Source of the DNA: Diadema antillarum
Lineage: Eukaryota
Length of the DNA stretch: 64,000 bases
Assembly: GCF_040938485.1 (NCBI RefSeq)
Contig: NW_027271394.1
Location: 744,001 to 808,000 of the forward strand
Reading direction: 5' to 3'
Both the position numbers and the translations under genes were made by a program. Positions within the stretch are counted from its first letter, which is position 1. Each line of letters begins with the position of its first letter. This document shows positions 26,743 through 39,774 of this stretch, one piece after another. Under the pieces are notes generated by a model. That model searched no databases and was not told the DNA's origin. It saw only the letters and a list, made by a program, of their open reading frames with translations.

Positions 26743-29700
26743 AGGCAGTTCATCAGACCATTATACTTTCTGCCATTAACAACGAATTTTTACAGCGTTT
26801 TACTTCTTATGACTGAGTGCGAATATTAATGGAAAAGTATTCGAAAATATACACTAATAATCCGAATCTACGACACCTTGGAATTACCTTCATTTGCAAA
26901 TTTTCGCAATATTTTCACCAATTTCCCTGCTTAAACTTGAAGGTCACATGTAGTAAAATAGTAGTATATATCATGATATAGTGCAAACAAATTGAAGATC
27001 AAACACATTATAAATGACGATATCATAGCAAAAGCGTCTTCGCCATTTTGATCATGAAGGTGGGAAGAAAAATTCCCTCCACGGTTTGCTACTCTATAAC
27101 ACTACTAATGAGCTATCTATATTTAATTATATCTATGTGAAATGTTGAACGATTCGTTTTAAGTATCAACAGGGCTCGACCGCGATTGAACATTTATACA
27201 CAGCTGTCTAAAACCGCTATAGTCTCATGGTTCGTGCTGCAGAGACGCATGCATTGTATGTAATCTTCCCCCATCGCCTCTGCCATCTTATTAACGCACG
27301 AGCCGTACTAGCCAGGAAGAATGTTAGGTAAATCACACACGCACAGCTGGTTACGCTCGCGTTCACGCCATTACATGGTAATGGTAAACTACCATAAAAT
27401 GTTGTTACCTTTCTCTGTTTCACCCATGAGATACCGTGGCCTAATATAAGTACTGCTGGTCAATACCATGGTAACGATGGGGGAAAAAAAGAGAAGCTAA
27501 CGTCTTTCTATCTCATCTGAGGTCAGTGTCAAGTCTCAGAAAATACTCGGAATATCAAAATTTAGGGATCCAATAGTAATACACAGGTACTACAGCAGCA
27601 ACTAAAAGTCGTATCTTCTCAGAGTAAATGTATTACTTCAGGGAAGACAGGTAGAGAACATATGTCAGTTTAAATATAGTAATTCCTCTATAGAAGTTCT
27701 CCTGAAGGTTATATTCCTAAAACTTTGTTTTCGAGTGAAATATATCCGAATTTTCATGGAATTGGGGTCTAGGACGATGAGGTTTCACTGTGATTTTAAA
27801 ATCGACATATTGGTGGTATTTACCTGACAACAATCAGCTGAATTCCCTCGAAACGTACGATCCTCGGCAAAAACCGTGCACACGGAGGCTGCTAGATCTT
27901 GGTATGGGCAACCATTTAAGAGAACATGTACAGCACATTCAACATACCGGACTTAAACGAGTAGCACTACACTAGCCATGCAAAAGGGTATGTAACGGAA
28001 CGGTAGACATGAAATGATTCCCAAACGCCATCATTAAACTCGTGTCTGTTTCCGGTTGCCGAATGTTGCGGTTCACTCGGCCGTGCAGGCTCTGATGCCC
28101 ACTACCTGTTCGAGTGACGACGGTCAGGTAGGTGGCCGCAGGCAGCAAGCTGACGAGATAGTACTGACCATTGTCCGATGAGATGTGGATGTTGCCTCTA
28201 ACAGTTGACTTCATTTTCATTATTACGACTGACCTCTCAGCTGATATCATGCGATTTTTAGCAAGTGAAAAAAGAGAGAAGGTCCATTATGACCTATTGT
28301 TACATATATGGAAGTATTATCCGCTCTGTCCGTGGAATTGAGTGTGTAATTGACGTCACCACGCCCTGGCCTCCCAATTTGCAGCCTTGAACATTTAGAT
28401 TTCATTTAGTTTAATGCTCTTAGCATAATCATCTTCAAGGACTGACTCTTATTTCCCCGTTAGTCTGTGCTTTTTTTATGAACTGAACATGATATTTCAA
28501 CTATAAAAGAGATATGTCGTGACTGTCTTACCATTATCAAATGTTTATCATTGTGTGTACTATGCAACATCAACAACAAAGTTTTCATCAAAATATGCTC
28601 TGAAGGTATACAATTGAAAAAGCAAATGCCTTGCAGAAACATAGTTTTATCCGCCTTTGCTACATTAGTTTTTATACATTTCATTTAGGTGTTGGTATAT
28701 TAAGTATGGGATGGATACTTATAGGTACAATTCGATTTCAAGTTGGAAATCTCTTTTCATGATAGATCACTTGCTTATGATAAAAAGAGTGATCCCTTCT
28801 GAGACTATGAGACGATTTGAAAATGAATATCAAATAGAAACAAATTGAACTTTTATTAACAATCTAAAAGAAATATTAAACCACAGCTTTGTGGAGATTT
28901 TTTTTTTTGCTACTGTACACTATAGTCACCCTAAAGTACATTTGGTGGACAAATTTGATGCATATAACAATTGGAATACCTTTCATTAATGCCGCATGAT
29001 ACTGATTTCGAAGGAATAATCACATCGGTCATGATCAGTCATGTCGACAATTGTTGTCCATATTCTTTATACAACAGTGATATTTGCAAGCAATATTTTG
29101 CTAGGGTAGTTAAGCTTTAAATTCTGAGGAAAGTATCTGTCAAAATTCATTGATAAATTTGGACTTTATCTCAGTGATATGCAAGTTTATCGGCTTGAAT
29201 GGCAGTAGAAAATGTAGCTGATTGATTCATTAAACCGTGGCACTGCTTTCTTTCAAATACACCTGTACAGATTTAACAAAGGCAATCACTGAAGAAGAGC
29301 AATATACTGTATATTTATGGGTACATTTTTCCTTTAATCATCTTAATCATGTTTGAATCCGAATTTTAAGATACGAATACTTAGGAAAAGTTCTTTTCTT
29401 TTATATACCTCCAAACTCCTAATATCCTATCACTTCTCTTCTCTCAAAGTTTTCCTATTGAGACATCCCCTTCTTTGCATGTTGAATTAGTTTTTGTCTT
29501 GTTATATTTTCCTTGTGTTGTCCTCCTCTACCAAATGATATTGGAAATACTCCGAAGTTTCCTTTGTTTATCTGTGTGTACGTATTTTGTTCTTTCATCA
29601 AAAAAAAAAAAATAGAAAATTGTATAAGGCTGTTTTCCCTGTAAAGCGAATTGCTTATTGATAACAATTTCTTCCACCTGCACACCTTAAGATTCGATGA

Positions 29701-31254
29701 AATACATATTTTGTATGTAATATATGCAATTGATCTATTTCCTTATAGTACTCTTGTTTGTATTTTGTTGTGAAAATTGCTTATTTTGTCATAATGATTT
29801 CATTTTGTGGAAGTGGAGAAATAATTATTATTGAAGCTGAAACTGAAACTGAAACTGAAGTATGAACGTCATTTGTTTGTGACGAGGCGGCTGAAAATTC
29901 AAATAGTTCCTGATTCATTGCCTCTAACAACGACAAGAAAAGAAAGCAAACGTACAGCTAAGGTACAATTAAGAACAAGTTGAACCTTCCCGTTCAATCG
30001 ATGCACTTGTGTGCATACGACGAAGCTATCGATTGTGCACAGCGGGCCATAGGCCTGACCGGGAAACGGAGCTTTACATTTGCCGGTCTCGCCGTTTAAC
30101 GAGAATAACTGACCCGTGTTATGTCCAGCTCGATCACATTCGACCCAGACACTGTTACGTAATCACGCGCGAATCTGTCTGGCAGTCTTTGTAACGGTAT
30201 AGATTGTCTGGCTCGGACGAATAAACTGAGGAAAATGTAGGCTCGAAAATCCAGGCTATGTGTGCGAAAACGTTGCTAGAATTTTGGGCTCTCTATTTTT
30301 TTCTCGTCCACTATTTTTTTTTTCGCTGCTCTTTGAGGGCGAGTTTCTGAGAGCAGGATGTCACAACAGGGGATTTTTGTTCCTTTTTCATTCTTGGTAA
30401 CGACACGCTACGATAAGACCCTTACGGGTCAAATCCCACCCTTACTGCATATGCCTACATTGCTACCTTTTAATCACTCAATTGACATTTCGACTGATTA
30501 AGGCCACACGAAACATATCCTATGGAATACGAGCTTTCAAAAGCTGCTGTCAGTTTTTCTGAAAGTTCATGACCTATGCGCTCTTCCATGACATTTATCT
30601 GTATGCACATACCGAGAAACAACCATACACAATCACACACATCAACATGATAAAGTTTACGTTTGTATTGATGATATGAATTTATAGGCCTATATCATTA
30701 TAATGATAGGCCTGTGTTTAGTGTGAATGTGTGTTTGTGTGTGCTTGAGAGTTAAATGGGCTAAGCTTTATGTTATGAACATTGTAGATCTGCGATTACC
30801 AAAATACTATGTTCTTTTGAATCTCATTTTCAAACGAAGTTTGTTTTTAATCGATTTTTTCACCTCTGCATGAAAATGCACTTTCTATCCATTTTGTTTA
30901 TTTCTATCCAAATCTATATAGAAAAAGTAGCGTAAGGTACTCCGACTGGTTGTCAAAAACAACAACTATGACAACAATGATAATAATAAGAGCAAACAAA
31001 CAAACAAACAAACCAACAAAACCAAGCCCTAGAGCAAAAGACGGTACCCTGCAGTTTCGCGTCTTCGGTGATTTCATCACAATAAAATGAAGGTCACCAA
31101 TAAAGACCTTGACCTTAACCAATACATTATTTTCTCATCAAGGAATTTTTATAGAAGGTTAACATGAATGTATCTATGGATGATTCCCTCAATGACATAG
31201 GCCTACTAGTTCCCCAACGTATATATACATATGTATATAAAACCTTGATCTTAC

Positions 31255-31632
31255 TTCCAGCGATAATACAGTTTCGGTTGAGATGTGACTTCAGGTTTCC
31301 ACCTTTTTTCCATTATTATTTTTTGAGATAGTGCCAAACCTCTTATGAGATATGAAAGAGTATATAACTTTAAGACGAATTCAAAGTTTATTTGATGTAA
31401 CTCGGATTTGAAATGGCTGAGATATCCAAATCAAATCAATCCTAATAAAAGGCGGGGCCCACCTTTTGATAGGATCGCTTTGTTTTCCTTTTTTAATATC
31501 TCAGCCATTTGAAAACCGATTTTCATCAGATAAACCTGGAATTCCTCTTTAACATTACATAGGTTGGTTTCTAAGTAGCTTGCAAAATGTTAAAAGCTGA
31601 ATCCTCACCTCAACCAATACTATATCACCCCT
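31255..31632. mobile_element. Kolobok-like MITE
   Basis: Right end CCT|TTAA at 31630-31636. Inverted arms ggttgagatgtgacttcagg / ctgaatcctcacctcaacc and aaatggctgagatat / atatctcagccattt. A related partial copy is at 60085-60331. Confidence 0.65.
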
Positions 31633-32806
31633 TTAAGCCGCATGCTTAATACGGCGGGATGTTGAAAAAAGCCCTCTGCCTGTATGACGACCAATGGTGT
31701 TCGAACTTTGTACAGAATTTATTTACTCAGACACTAATGTGAGTTTGCTATTGCCTCTTTAGCTCTCTCACAATGTATGCATGTAATGTGTAGCAATGTA
31801 CAATGCCTGTGTGTACCGCTTTGATGTGTATCTCTCTATTCTCCTTTCCACCCACACTCACAAACATACACACCATTTCTATTTTGTAGAAGGTTCCGAT
31901 GACTCTGAGAGAATTCAAACAGAAGAATGCAAGGAGAAACTTCAACAACACTAAAACTTTAAAATCAGAGAAGTCGATCACACGAATAACATCGTATATA
32001 AACATTCCTTGAAACTAGACATTCCGTTTAAGGGACGCATCAGGGATGCGTATTTTACGTAAGATCAAGACTGAGACGGAGTGTTTGATAATCATACTGA
32101 CATTTATCTCTTGATTTCTATTTCTTTCAGTATTGCATTCATTTCCCCAAATATTCGATTGTGATTCCGTTCCATTCTTTATGATTCTTTATTCTATCTT
32201 TTGTCTTCATAGTTAACCATAACATTTTGCCTTGTCCCTGCAGCTGTTCAGTTTGTCTATAGGCCTGTGAGATTTAACTACTATAAGCATACGAAATATT
32301 TTTCATGTCTATCATTGCAACTAAATCTACTCAGTACATGAATTTATATTCATATCTATTAAATCTTACTTCTTTTTTCTTTTTGTCATGTACTCATTTC
32401 GCCTAAATTAAAAAAAAAATCATTCACTCCATTTTTTTTCAAGACTGAATAATCCAGAGCACCATAGTTATCGTTTGATGCCATGAAGGATCAAAATATC
32501 CGAGTCGAATCGTTATTGATGACGTAATGAGGTAAGATGTTTGAAAGGTTGGAAAGGGAATGTAAGTGAAACCATTGTTTGGTATGACGAGTTAGTCTCT
32601 CGTAGACAGGATTGCTACAACTCATTATAAAAAGAGGTTCGTGTAAATGTTGGACTATGAGAGTAATAGGCAGGTGAACATCCGTGCTTCAACATTAAAA
32701 CGTTTAACTCTCTCAGGAGAAGCCATGTCAATTTCAAATTGTGAGCAGCTGCTGTTTGCTTTTCATTCCACATTCATTCATTACCAAAGTAAAAACAAAA
32801 CAAAAC

Positions 32807-32837
<31 letters not shown>

Positions 32838-33199
32838 AGATAAAACAATACAAAACATCACCCGGTCTTGATAACAGCATGACGGAGACTAATATAAATT
32901 TTAGCTGCCAGCTGAAGAGAGTTATGACGTGATTTACTGTCTTCATGCTGATCAGTTTTTCATTGCTGCCATAAAAAAATAATTGTTTGCTCTTTAATAA
33001 CAAAAACAAACAAAACTTTACTGATTAGAATTTGCATGCAACGTAGATTGAAAACAGGCCTGAAGTAAATCATACGACTATTAATCACTATGTTATACAT
33101 ATATGTGTGCACGTATAAGATGAATGCGGATAAGCATGTATAAAGTTTATGCTAGTACGTAATGTACAATTTACTCGGTATCTTCTTTAGTCTTTTACT

Positions 33200-33540
33200 A
33201 ATGGAAAACAGGACCCCATCCAAGACCAGAAGTGACAATCATTGTCACTTCTGAAGGGACTACCTTGACAGGGCCTATCCTTCCCCTCCTCTTGAGCTTT
33301 ATGATATGTAAAGAACTTATCTTCAACTGTTAAGTTAAAAGATTGTTACAAGGCATATAAATTATGTTCAGAGGCCGTTGTCCAAGTCAAGCGATTTGCT
33401 TACTGATAACGGTCTCCCCCCACCTGTACACTTAAAGATCTGTAATGAAATTCATGTATTATTTCACATACTGTAATGCTTGTAATGTGAAATTTGTTTG
33501 TATTTTCATGACTTGTGAATAATATGTTTGATATTGTTAT
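33200..33540 (+). mobile_element. LINE 3' UTR relic with stem-loop
   Basis: Perfect 13-bp stem CAGAAGTGACAAT-c-ATTGTCACTTCTG at 33227-33253 within a ggacccc..aagaccag context like LINE 3' ends. Confidence 0.4.
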
Positions 33541-33849
33541 ACTTATTTTCTGTTATGTACAAGTGGAGAAATGAAACTTAACTGTAATTTATCATGTTGA
33601 TATGTTGAACTAACTAACAAACAAAGAAACAAAAAAAAACTAGTTTGACAAGTGTTCTTGCAACTGCTAAGTGCTGCAGCAGAGCAATCCAAAAAATAGC
33701 GTTTCACACTGCTGAACACGCCTCTCTCTTTTGCACATTTATTTCCGTTGCGAAAACAAACTTTGCATTCCCGAAAACACCCCTTGCTTGATTTCAATGT
33801 ATACCTCTCTTCGTTTCTGCTGAGTGTGAGTTATGCATAATTCAGATTT

Positions 33850-35760
33850 AAATTCATTGTCAAGAAAAAAGAGAGAAAGTTACATTTCAGTATCACTGTA
33901 AATTACCAATGTCAACTTGTCCTGTGACTGCTTAAGAAAAAAAAATACTCCGAAATGATGATCATATTCCCTTGTGCAGCTTAAAAGATGAATCCAAACA
34001 AACCCCAAGTCTTCCGTGGATAACTCAATAGATTAACACGAAAAACAATCTGTTCTATAAGTATAGATACAATCCCACTGAAAAGGCAAGACAAAATGTC
34101 CTATAATGAAAACACAATTTCAGAACTATTCCATATATATACGAAAGAAATATTTTTGTGTGAATCAGATAAATAGATATAGAAATGACATCAAAAATAC
34201 TCGGAAATGATTGAAAAATTCTACGGACTCACGTAATAATGTTGCTAATATATAGATATTCAGATTCAGATATACAATGCTTCAGTGTTTCAAGTAATGC
34301 ACCCGATGGTATGGCCTAAATTCGTAAAAAATTCATCTCTTCAGTTAAAAATACTCTCTCCCAAAATATCCCTTCACCCATCGCAGCAAACTATTTAGCG
34401 ACTGGTCAGATACGCCTACTTCCAAAACTAATTTCTTGACCCCACACAAACAAAGGAAAAGATAACTGTAAAGCTCGTTGCAAATTTTCGAGAAGGGAAA
34501 ATCCCAGGGTAAAAAGAAAGTGACGTTTGTCGGCTGAATAAATATAGTCCCATTCCCACATAGTCAATTGGTACATACATTTGTATTGTAAACGTCTCAC
34601 TTACAACTGGCCTCGTGCCAGAAACACAACGCTACTTACCTTCGTTGAGAAAGTTACACATGCACTTGATGTAATTTCACACACATCAGGAATGTTCTTA
34701 GACTTCTCCACGGCTTTTGACACCCTATACTCTCTCGAAATTACCCCATTACTTCTTACGCGGAAAGGTCTTGCATTGGCTACCTGTCAAACACATTCCA
34801 GTCAACGGCTTTGACTTCCAAAATGGAAAAAAAATGGATGTAGATGGCCCATTGCTACTCGTATTCATAATTTGCATCAACGAGTTTCATAGGTCCTGAA
34901 CCACAATCTCATTTAATATCATTCGCAGATGATTCCAACCTTTTCTACTCTCTCCTTGACCCCGATATTTTGAAAAAAACCCCAAACAAACAGAAAATGA
35001 TGAATGAAGAATGGCACACGATGGATTTACACAAATAAGTTGTTAATGAACGTTAAAAAGACAAAATCAATGCTTTTTCGCAGCTGCTTGATATAGATGT
35101 ATATCAGATATTCCAGACCAAAGCTATTTCATAAATTAGATAACAGCTCAAAAGAATCTCTTAAGTTTATCACATTAAGATACAAACTAAGGAAATACTT
35201 TGTACATAACAAGATAATTACGTTGCTAAACTATTGGTTTGTGCTTCAATCTCAATTCAATTCATAGTTTCCATTCAACAAAATGTGATACATAATACAA
35301 AATATACATTTGGTGAATACATTTTGCAATTTACGTTTGTGTGTGTATGTGCGCTTTCAGCTGTCCTATATGGAATGGTGTGTTCTTGTTCTTCGTCGTT
35401 TTATAATGTAATTGTGTTCTTTCTTTTTGGTACAATATCGCGTCTTATGTGTAAGTGTGCATAAACAACTGTGTAGGCCGGTGCATTTATGTATGTATTT
35501 ATATGTGTTTTATTGAATTTTTAGGTATACACGGTCCAGTGAATAGTGTTTGTATACCGTAATAACATAGATTGTTATTTATAATTTGTATTCTGTAATC
35601 TGTACTTTCAAACTGTGACTGCTGATGATATGCTTTTGTATTATCTGCGGAGTGTCAAGTGATATAGATGTTAGATAAAATGTTATGTGCATAGTGTTTC
35701 TCGAGTGATCCACTTTTTACAAGCTTTGCTTTTCAGTAGATCATTTTTTTTTTACATTAT
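33850..35760 (+). mobile_element. Degenerate CR1/L2-clade LINE fragment (reverse transcriptase region + 3' UTR)
   Basis: Broken frames give LPWIT, LLTFVEKVTHALD..GMFLDFSTAFDT, GPLLL.FIICINEF and FADDSNLFYS, which are LINE RT motifs. Many stops and frameshifts. The 3' stem-loop-like gatccactttttacaagctttgcttttcagtagatc lies near 35710. Confidence 0.85.
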
Positions 35761-36139
35761 CACACTTCACTCCATTGTCATCCTTGCAAAATATAGATTG
35801 CGCCTCTTATTATTCAATTAATTTGCACAAATATTTTGAAATATAATTATTGATTAAACTTGTACTATAGAGCAATTGATAAAACATATTCTTACAAATT
35901 GTTCAAACAAAATAATTTGTGAAATGCGTGTTTTGTATTATATACAGTGTCTTTTTGTTGGATTGAAATGATTTATAATTGAATAGAATTTGATTTTAAA
36001 CTATAAATGTATCATCATATTCACACTCATAAACGATCCACAACGAAAGGGTAATATGCCTTTGTTTACTTTCGTAATCCTTGATTACATTCTCTTGCGG
36101 AAAGTTTCTTTAAAAGGCATTAGCAGCATTTTCTATTAA

Positions 36140-36855
36140 AGGGGAAATCCAGTCCAAATATAACTTAGCCTGATAAGACAGAGTAAAATATTACGAGTTC
36201 AACGGGGGAAAATAAAGAAGTTATGATATCTTGAAGTTTTGCTAATTTTTCAAGAAACAGTTCTTAAATGGTCAATATGAATATGCAAATGGAAAAGTGA
36301 GCATACCCTCACAACTTGCCATATATTTTGTACATAAAATTGTGAAATTTCCAGTATTTCATTCAAACGCAATTATGCCCGAGGCTTAAATCCTGGTGTA
36401 TCTAACTGATCAGCACTATTCTGAAATTATCCATCCAAGAATAACATCATGTTTCAGACTTCAATGACAGAAACATTGAATTTCAGTTGATTGTTTTTTG
36501 TACACAATCAATGGGAAATTATGAGGGTATGACATGGTTAGATCACTCATTTGCATAGCCCTATTCATATCCACTGTACAAGAACTGTTTTGCATAAATT
36601 AGCAAAACTTCAAAATGTCATAGCTTCCTTATTTTTCCTCCGATTTCAGCCAATTTTTTTTTTTTTTACCGTTGTGACATCACAAATTATTGTAGTCTTC
36701 TTGTCCAGAGATTACAGTCCAAACTCGCAAACAATCATAACTTTTAAATGGATTTCTTTTAAGAATTTTCATCAAACTTTACTGCTCTTTTCTACTATTA
36801 TTTTCTCCATTTCCTCAGTCTACAAATACATTCTGGTTTTATTGTCCTTCCAATA
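36140..36855. mobile_element. Kolobok-like MITE
   Basis: TTAA|AGGGGAAATCC at 36136. Internal gaatatgcaaat and aaacttcaaaatgtcatagcttccttattttt blocks are shared with the copy at 43470-43815. Confidence 0.65.
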
Positions 36856-36918
36856 TCAATTCAGCGGGCCTGATGAGTTAAAAAAAACACTGTAACCTCG
36901 TGTTTCATAAAAACATAC

Positions 36919-37006
36919 CATGGGCGTCACCAGGGGGGGTGCGTTGGGTGCGAACGCACCCCCCTTCAGATCCTAAAAAAAAAAAAAAAAAAAATCAGTC
37001 TGCACC

Positions 37007-37044
<38 letters not shown>

Positions 37045-39774
37045 GTCGGGAAAAACAATTCGCACCCCTGGTTCTGGCAGCATTGATTTTATACATATCT
37101 ATTAGTATTCTACAGTGTTTACTATTTATCGACCGTACTGTACATCCGTACGATACGGAGCACTTATACACGTTTGCATGTACGTGTGCTACTTACAAGT
37201 ATGTAGGGTCTATGTACGTTACTTCTGACCAATCCATATTGCCAGCCCAAGAGCGAGCCTTAGCCTCATAAAAAAAATATAAAAAAAATGGAGGGGTAAG
37301 CATATTTTAGTTTTGCCCCCCCCCCATAATCAATAGTTCCCGAAATGAGAAGATTTTCTTGCTTTTGAAAGAAATCAAAAATGTTGCCCCCATAAAAATA
37401 TTGGGAAGGCAAGCGCACCATTTGCCCCATCCCACATAATCATAATTCCCGCGATGAAAAGATTTTCTTGCTTTTTTGTTACAATTCAAGAAATCTGCAC
37501 AATTATTTCACCCAAAAGCAGTGGCGTAACTACGGAGGGGGGGGGGGGGGGGGGTTGCGCCCCCCTCCCAATCCGCTGGTAAAAAAAAAAAAAGATTTAC
37601 CGAAATAGTAGTTCAAGTGTTAGTAAACTGCTTTTGAATGAAAGGGTGATCCAGATATAAGATATTTTTCTATGATTTCTTTTAACCATAATTAAATAGG
37701 TATATAGTGTGAAACATTGTTCACAAAGCCCGGACCCGACAAAAGATTGTGATTCCTGGTTGGCATTCTGCATATAAGCAGGATGTGCGCATCAGTGTAC
37801 TCAGTACATCCGAACGAAGAGTCGCTACAATGTTGCGCAATGTGATGTAGAATGTACACCTTTGTACCTTACGCTCGTTATATCAAAGCTATAGATCATT
37901 GATTTTGCAGTGTTGCTTTACATACTATATAAAAATGTCTTGCATTGCCAATAAAAAGGCTTGACCTGGGCTAATTCCTAACTTTTCCATGTTAGGAATG
38001 TATATAATACACACACACAAACAAACACGCACAATTACTTTAGGGGATGCTCTAAAGTGCAGATTTTGGACATCCTTTACCCGCTTGGTCACTTCGACGC
38101 CACATCGCTGGTCATACCTCCCCCAGTCATGAACATAAACCCACACCCTTGACTACCAGTGGCGGATCCAGGAGGAGGGGCGCACCGGGCGCCCCCCCCC
38201 TTTAATTTCCAAATTGAAAAAATAAAATGAAATAGCTGCAAACCGCAGTTTTTGGAAAGTAAAATGTCAAAATTTTCAAGCTCGCTCGCTCCTCTCGCTC
38301 GCATTTAGTCGTAATGCCATTCTCCTGAAGCTGCTGCCAGTAATTGCCGGCAGTTGCGCCTGGTGCGCCCCCCCCCCCTAATTTCCAAAGCGAAAAAAAT
38401 ATAGCTACAAACGGCAGTTTGGGGACTGTAAAACGTCAAAATTTTCAAGCTCGCTCGCTCCGTTCGCTCGCATTTAATTGTTATGTAATTCACCTGATGT
38501 TGCTGCCAGTAATTGCCAGCAGTTCCGCCCGGTTCCCCTCCCCCCTTAATTTCCAAAGCGAAAAAATATGGCTAAGAACGGCAGTTTTTGGACTGTAAAA
38601 GAGCATAATGTAATCATTATGCTCTCCTGATATTGCTGCCAGTATTTGCCAGCAGTTGCGCCCGATGCGCCCCCCTTAAATTCTAAAGCGAAGAAATATA
38701 GCTACAAACGGCAGTTTGTTTGTTTTTTACTGTAAAATGTCAAAATTTTCAAGCTCGCTCGCTCGCTCGCTCGCATTTAATTGTTACGCAATTCTCCTGA
38801 TGTTGCTGCCAGTAATTACCGGCAGTTGCGCCCGTTGCGCCCCCCACCCCTCCTTTATTTCCAAAGCGAAAAAATATGGCTCCAAATGGCAGTTTTTGGA
38901 CTGTAAAATGTCAAAATTTTCAAGCTCGCTCTCTTCGCTCGCTCGCATTTAACCTGATGTTGCTGCCAGTAATTGCCAGCAGTTGCGCCCGGTGCGCCCC
39001 CCTTAATTTCCAAAGCAAATAGATATGGCTATACAAACGGCAGTTTTTGGACTGTTGAATGTCAAAATTTTCAAGCTCGCTCGCTCGCTCGCTCGCTCGC
39101 ATTTAATTGTTATGCAATTCTCCTGATATTGCTACCAGTAATTACCGGCAGTTGCGCCCGTTGCGCCCCCACCCCTCCTTTATTTCCAAAGCGAAAAAAT
39201 ATGGCTCCAAATGGCAGTTTTGGGACTGTAAAATGTCAAAATTTCCAAGCTCGCTCTCTTTGCTCGCTCGCATTCAATCATTATGCAATTCTCCTGATGT
39301 TGCTGCCAATTATTGCCACCAGTTGCGCCCGGTGCGCCCCCCCCCTTAATTTACAAAGCAAAAAAAATATGGCTACAAACGGCAGTTTTTGGACTGTAAA
39401 ATGTCAAAATTTTCAAGCTCGCTCGCTCCCCTCGCTCGCATGTAGTTGTTATGCCATTCTCCTGATATCGCTGCCAGTAATTTGTCGTTTCACATCGTCA
39501 TTCCATAATCCATTTATAGGGGGTACAACCCCCTCTGGCACTTCCACACCCTCCCCCCACCCTTGCTCGCTCCCTCGCATACTAACCCCCCCCCCCCCCC
39601 CCAGATGAAATCCTAGCTACGCCGGTGCCCTTTCCCCGCTTGGTTTCCCTAAAAAAACAGTAAAAGTCTAGGCATTGAGAGCTTCCTATTTATTCCAAAT
39701 GTCTGTCCAAAAAATCTCGTACAAATTTAGTGTCAAAACGCACCCCCCTTGAAAAAAAGCTGGTGACGCCCCTG
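36919..39774. mobile_element. Composite non-autonomous DNA transposon with 15-bp TIRs and a CATAC TSD, enclosing nested MITE ends and a satellite
   Basis: Left CATGGGCGTCACCAG; reverse complement of the right end CAGGGGCGTCACCAG (14/15). CATAC lies immediately outside both ends (36914-36918, 39775-39779). Confidence 0.65.
38170..39480. repeat. Tandem satellite, ~150-175 bp unit, about 7 full copies plus 1 partial
   Basis: The marker gtcaaaattt(t)c(c)aagctcgctc recurs near 38266, 38434, 38739, 38909, 39061, 39234 and 39403. The unit contains a (GCTC)n tract and cagttgcgcccggtgcgccccc. Confidence 0.92.

Noticed and set aside
38170-39480. Regularly spaced repeats resembling a CRISPR array
   Set aside because: Whole units are homologous with no unique spacers, there are no cas genes, and the context is eukaryotic.
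38973-39608. 211-aa ORF with repeated peptide blocks
   Set aside because: Translation of the ~170-bp satellite; neighbouring units break the frame.
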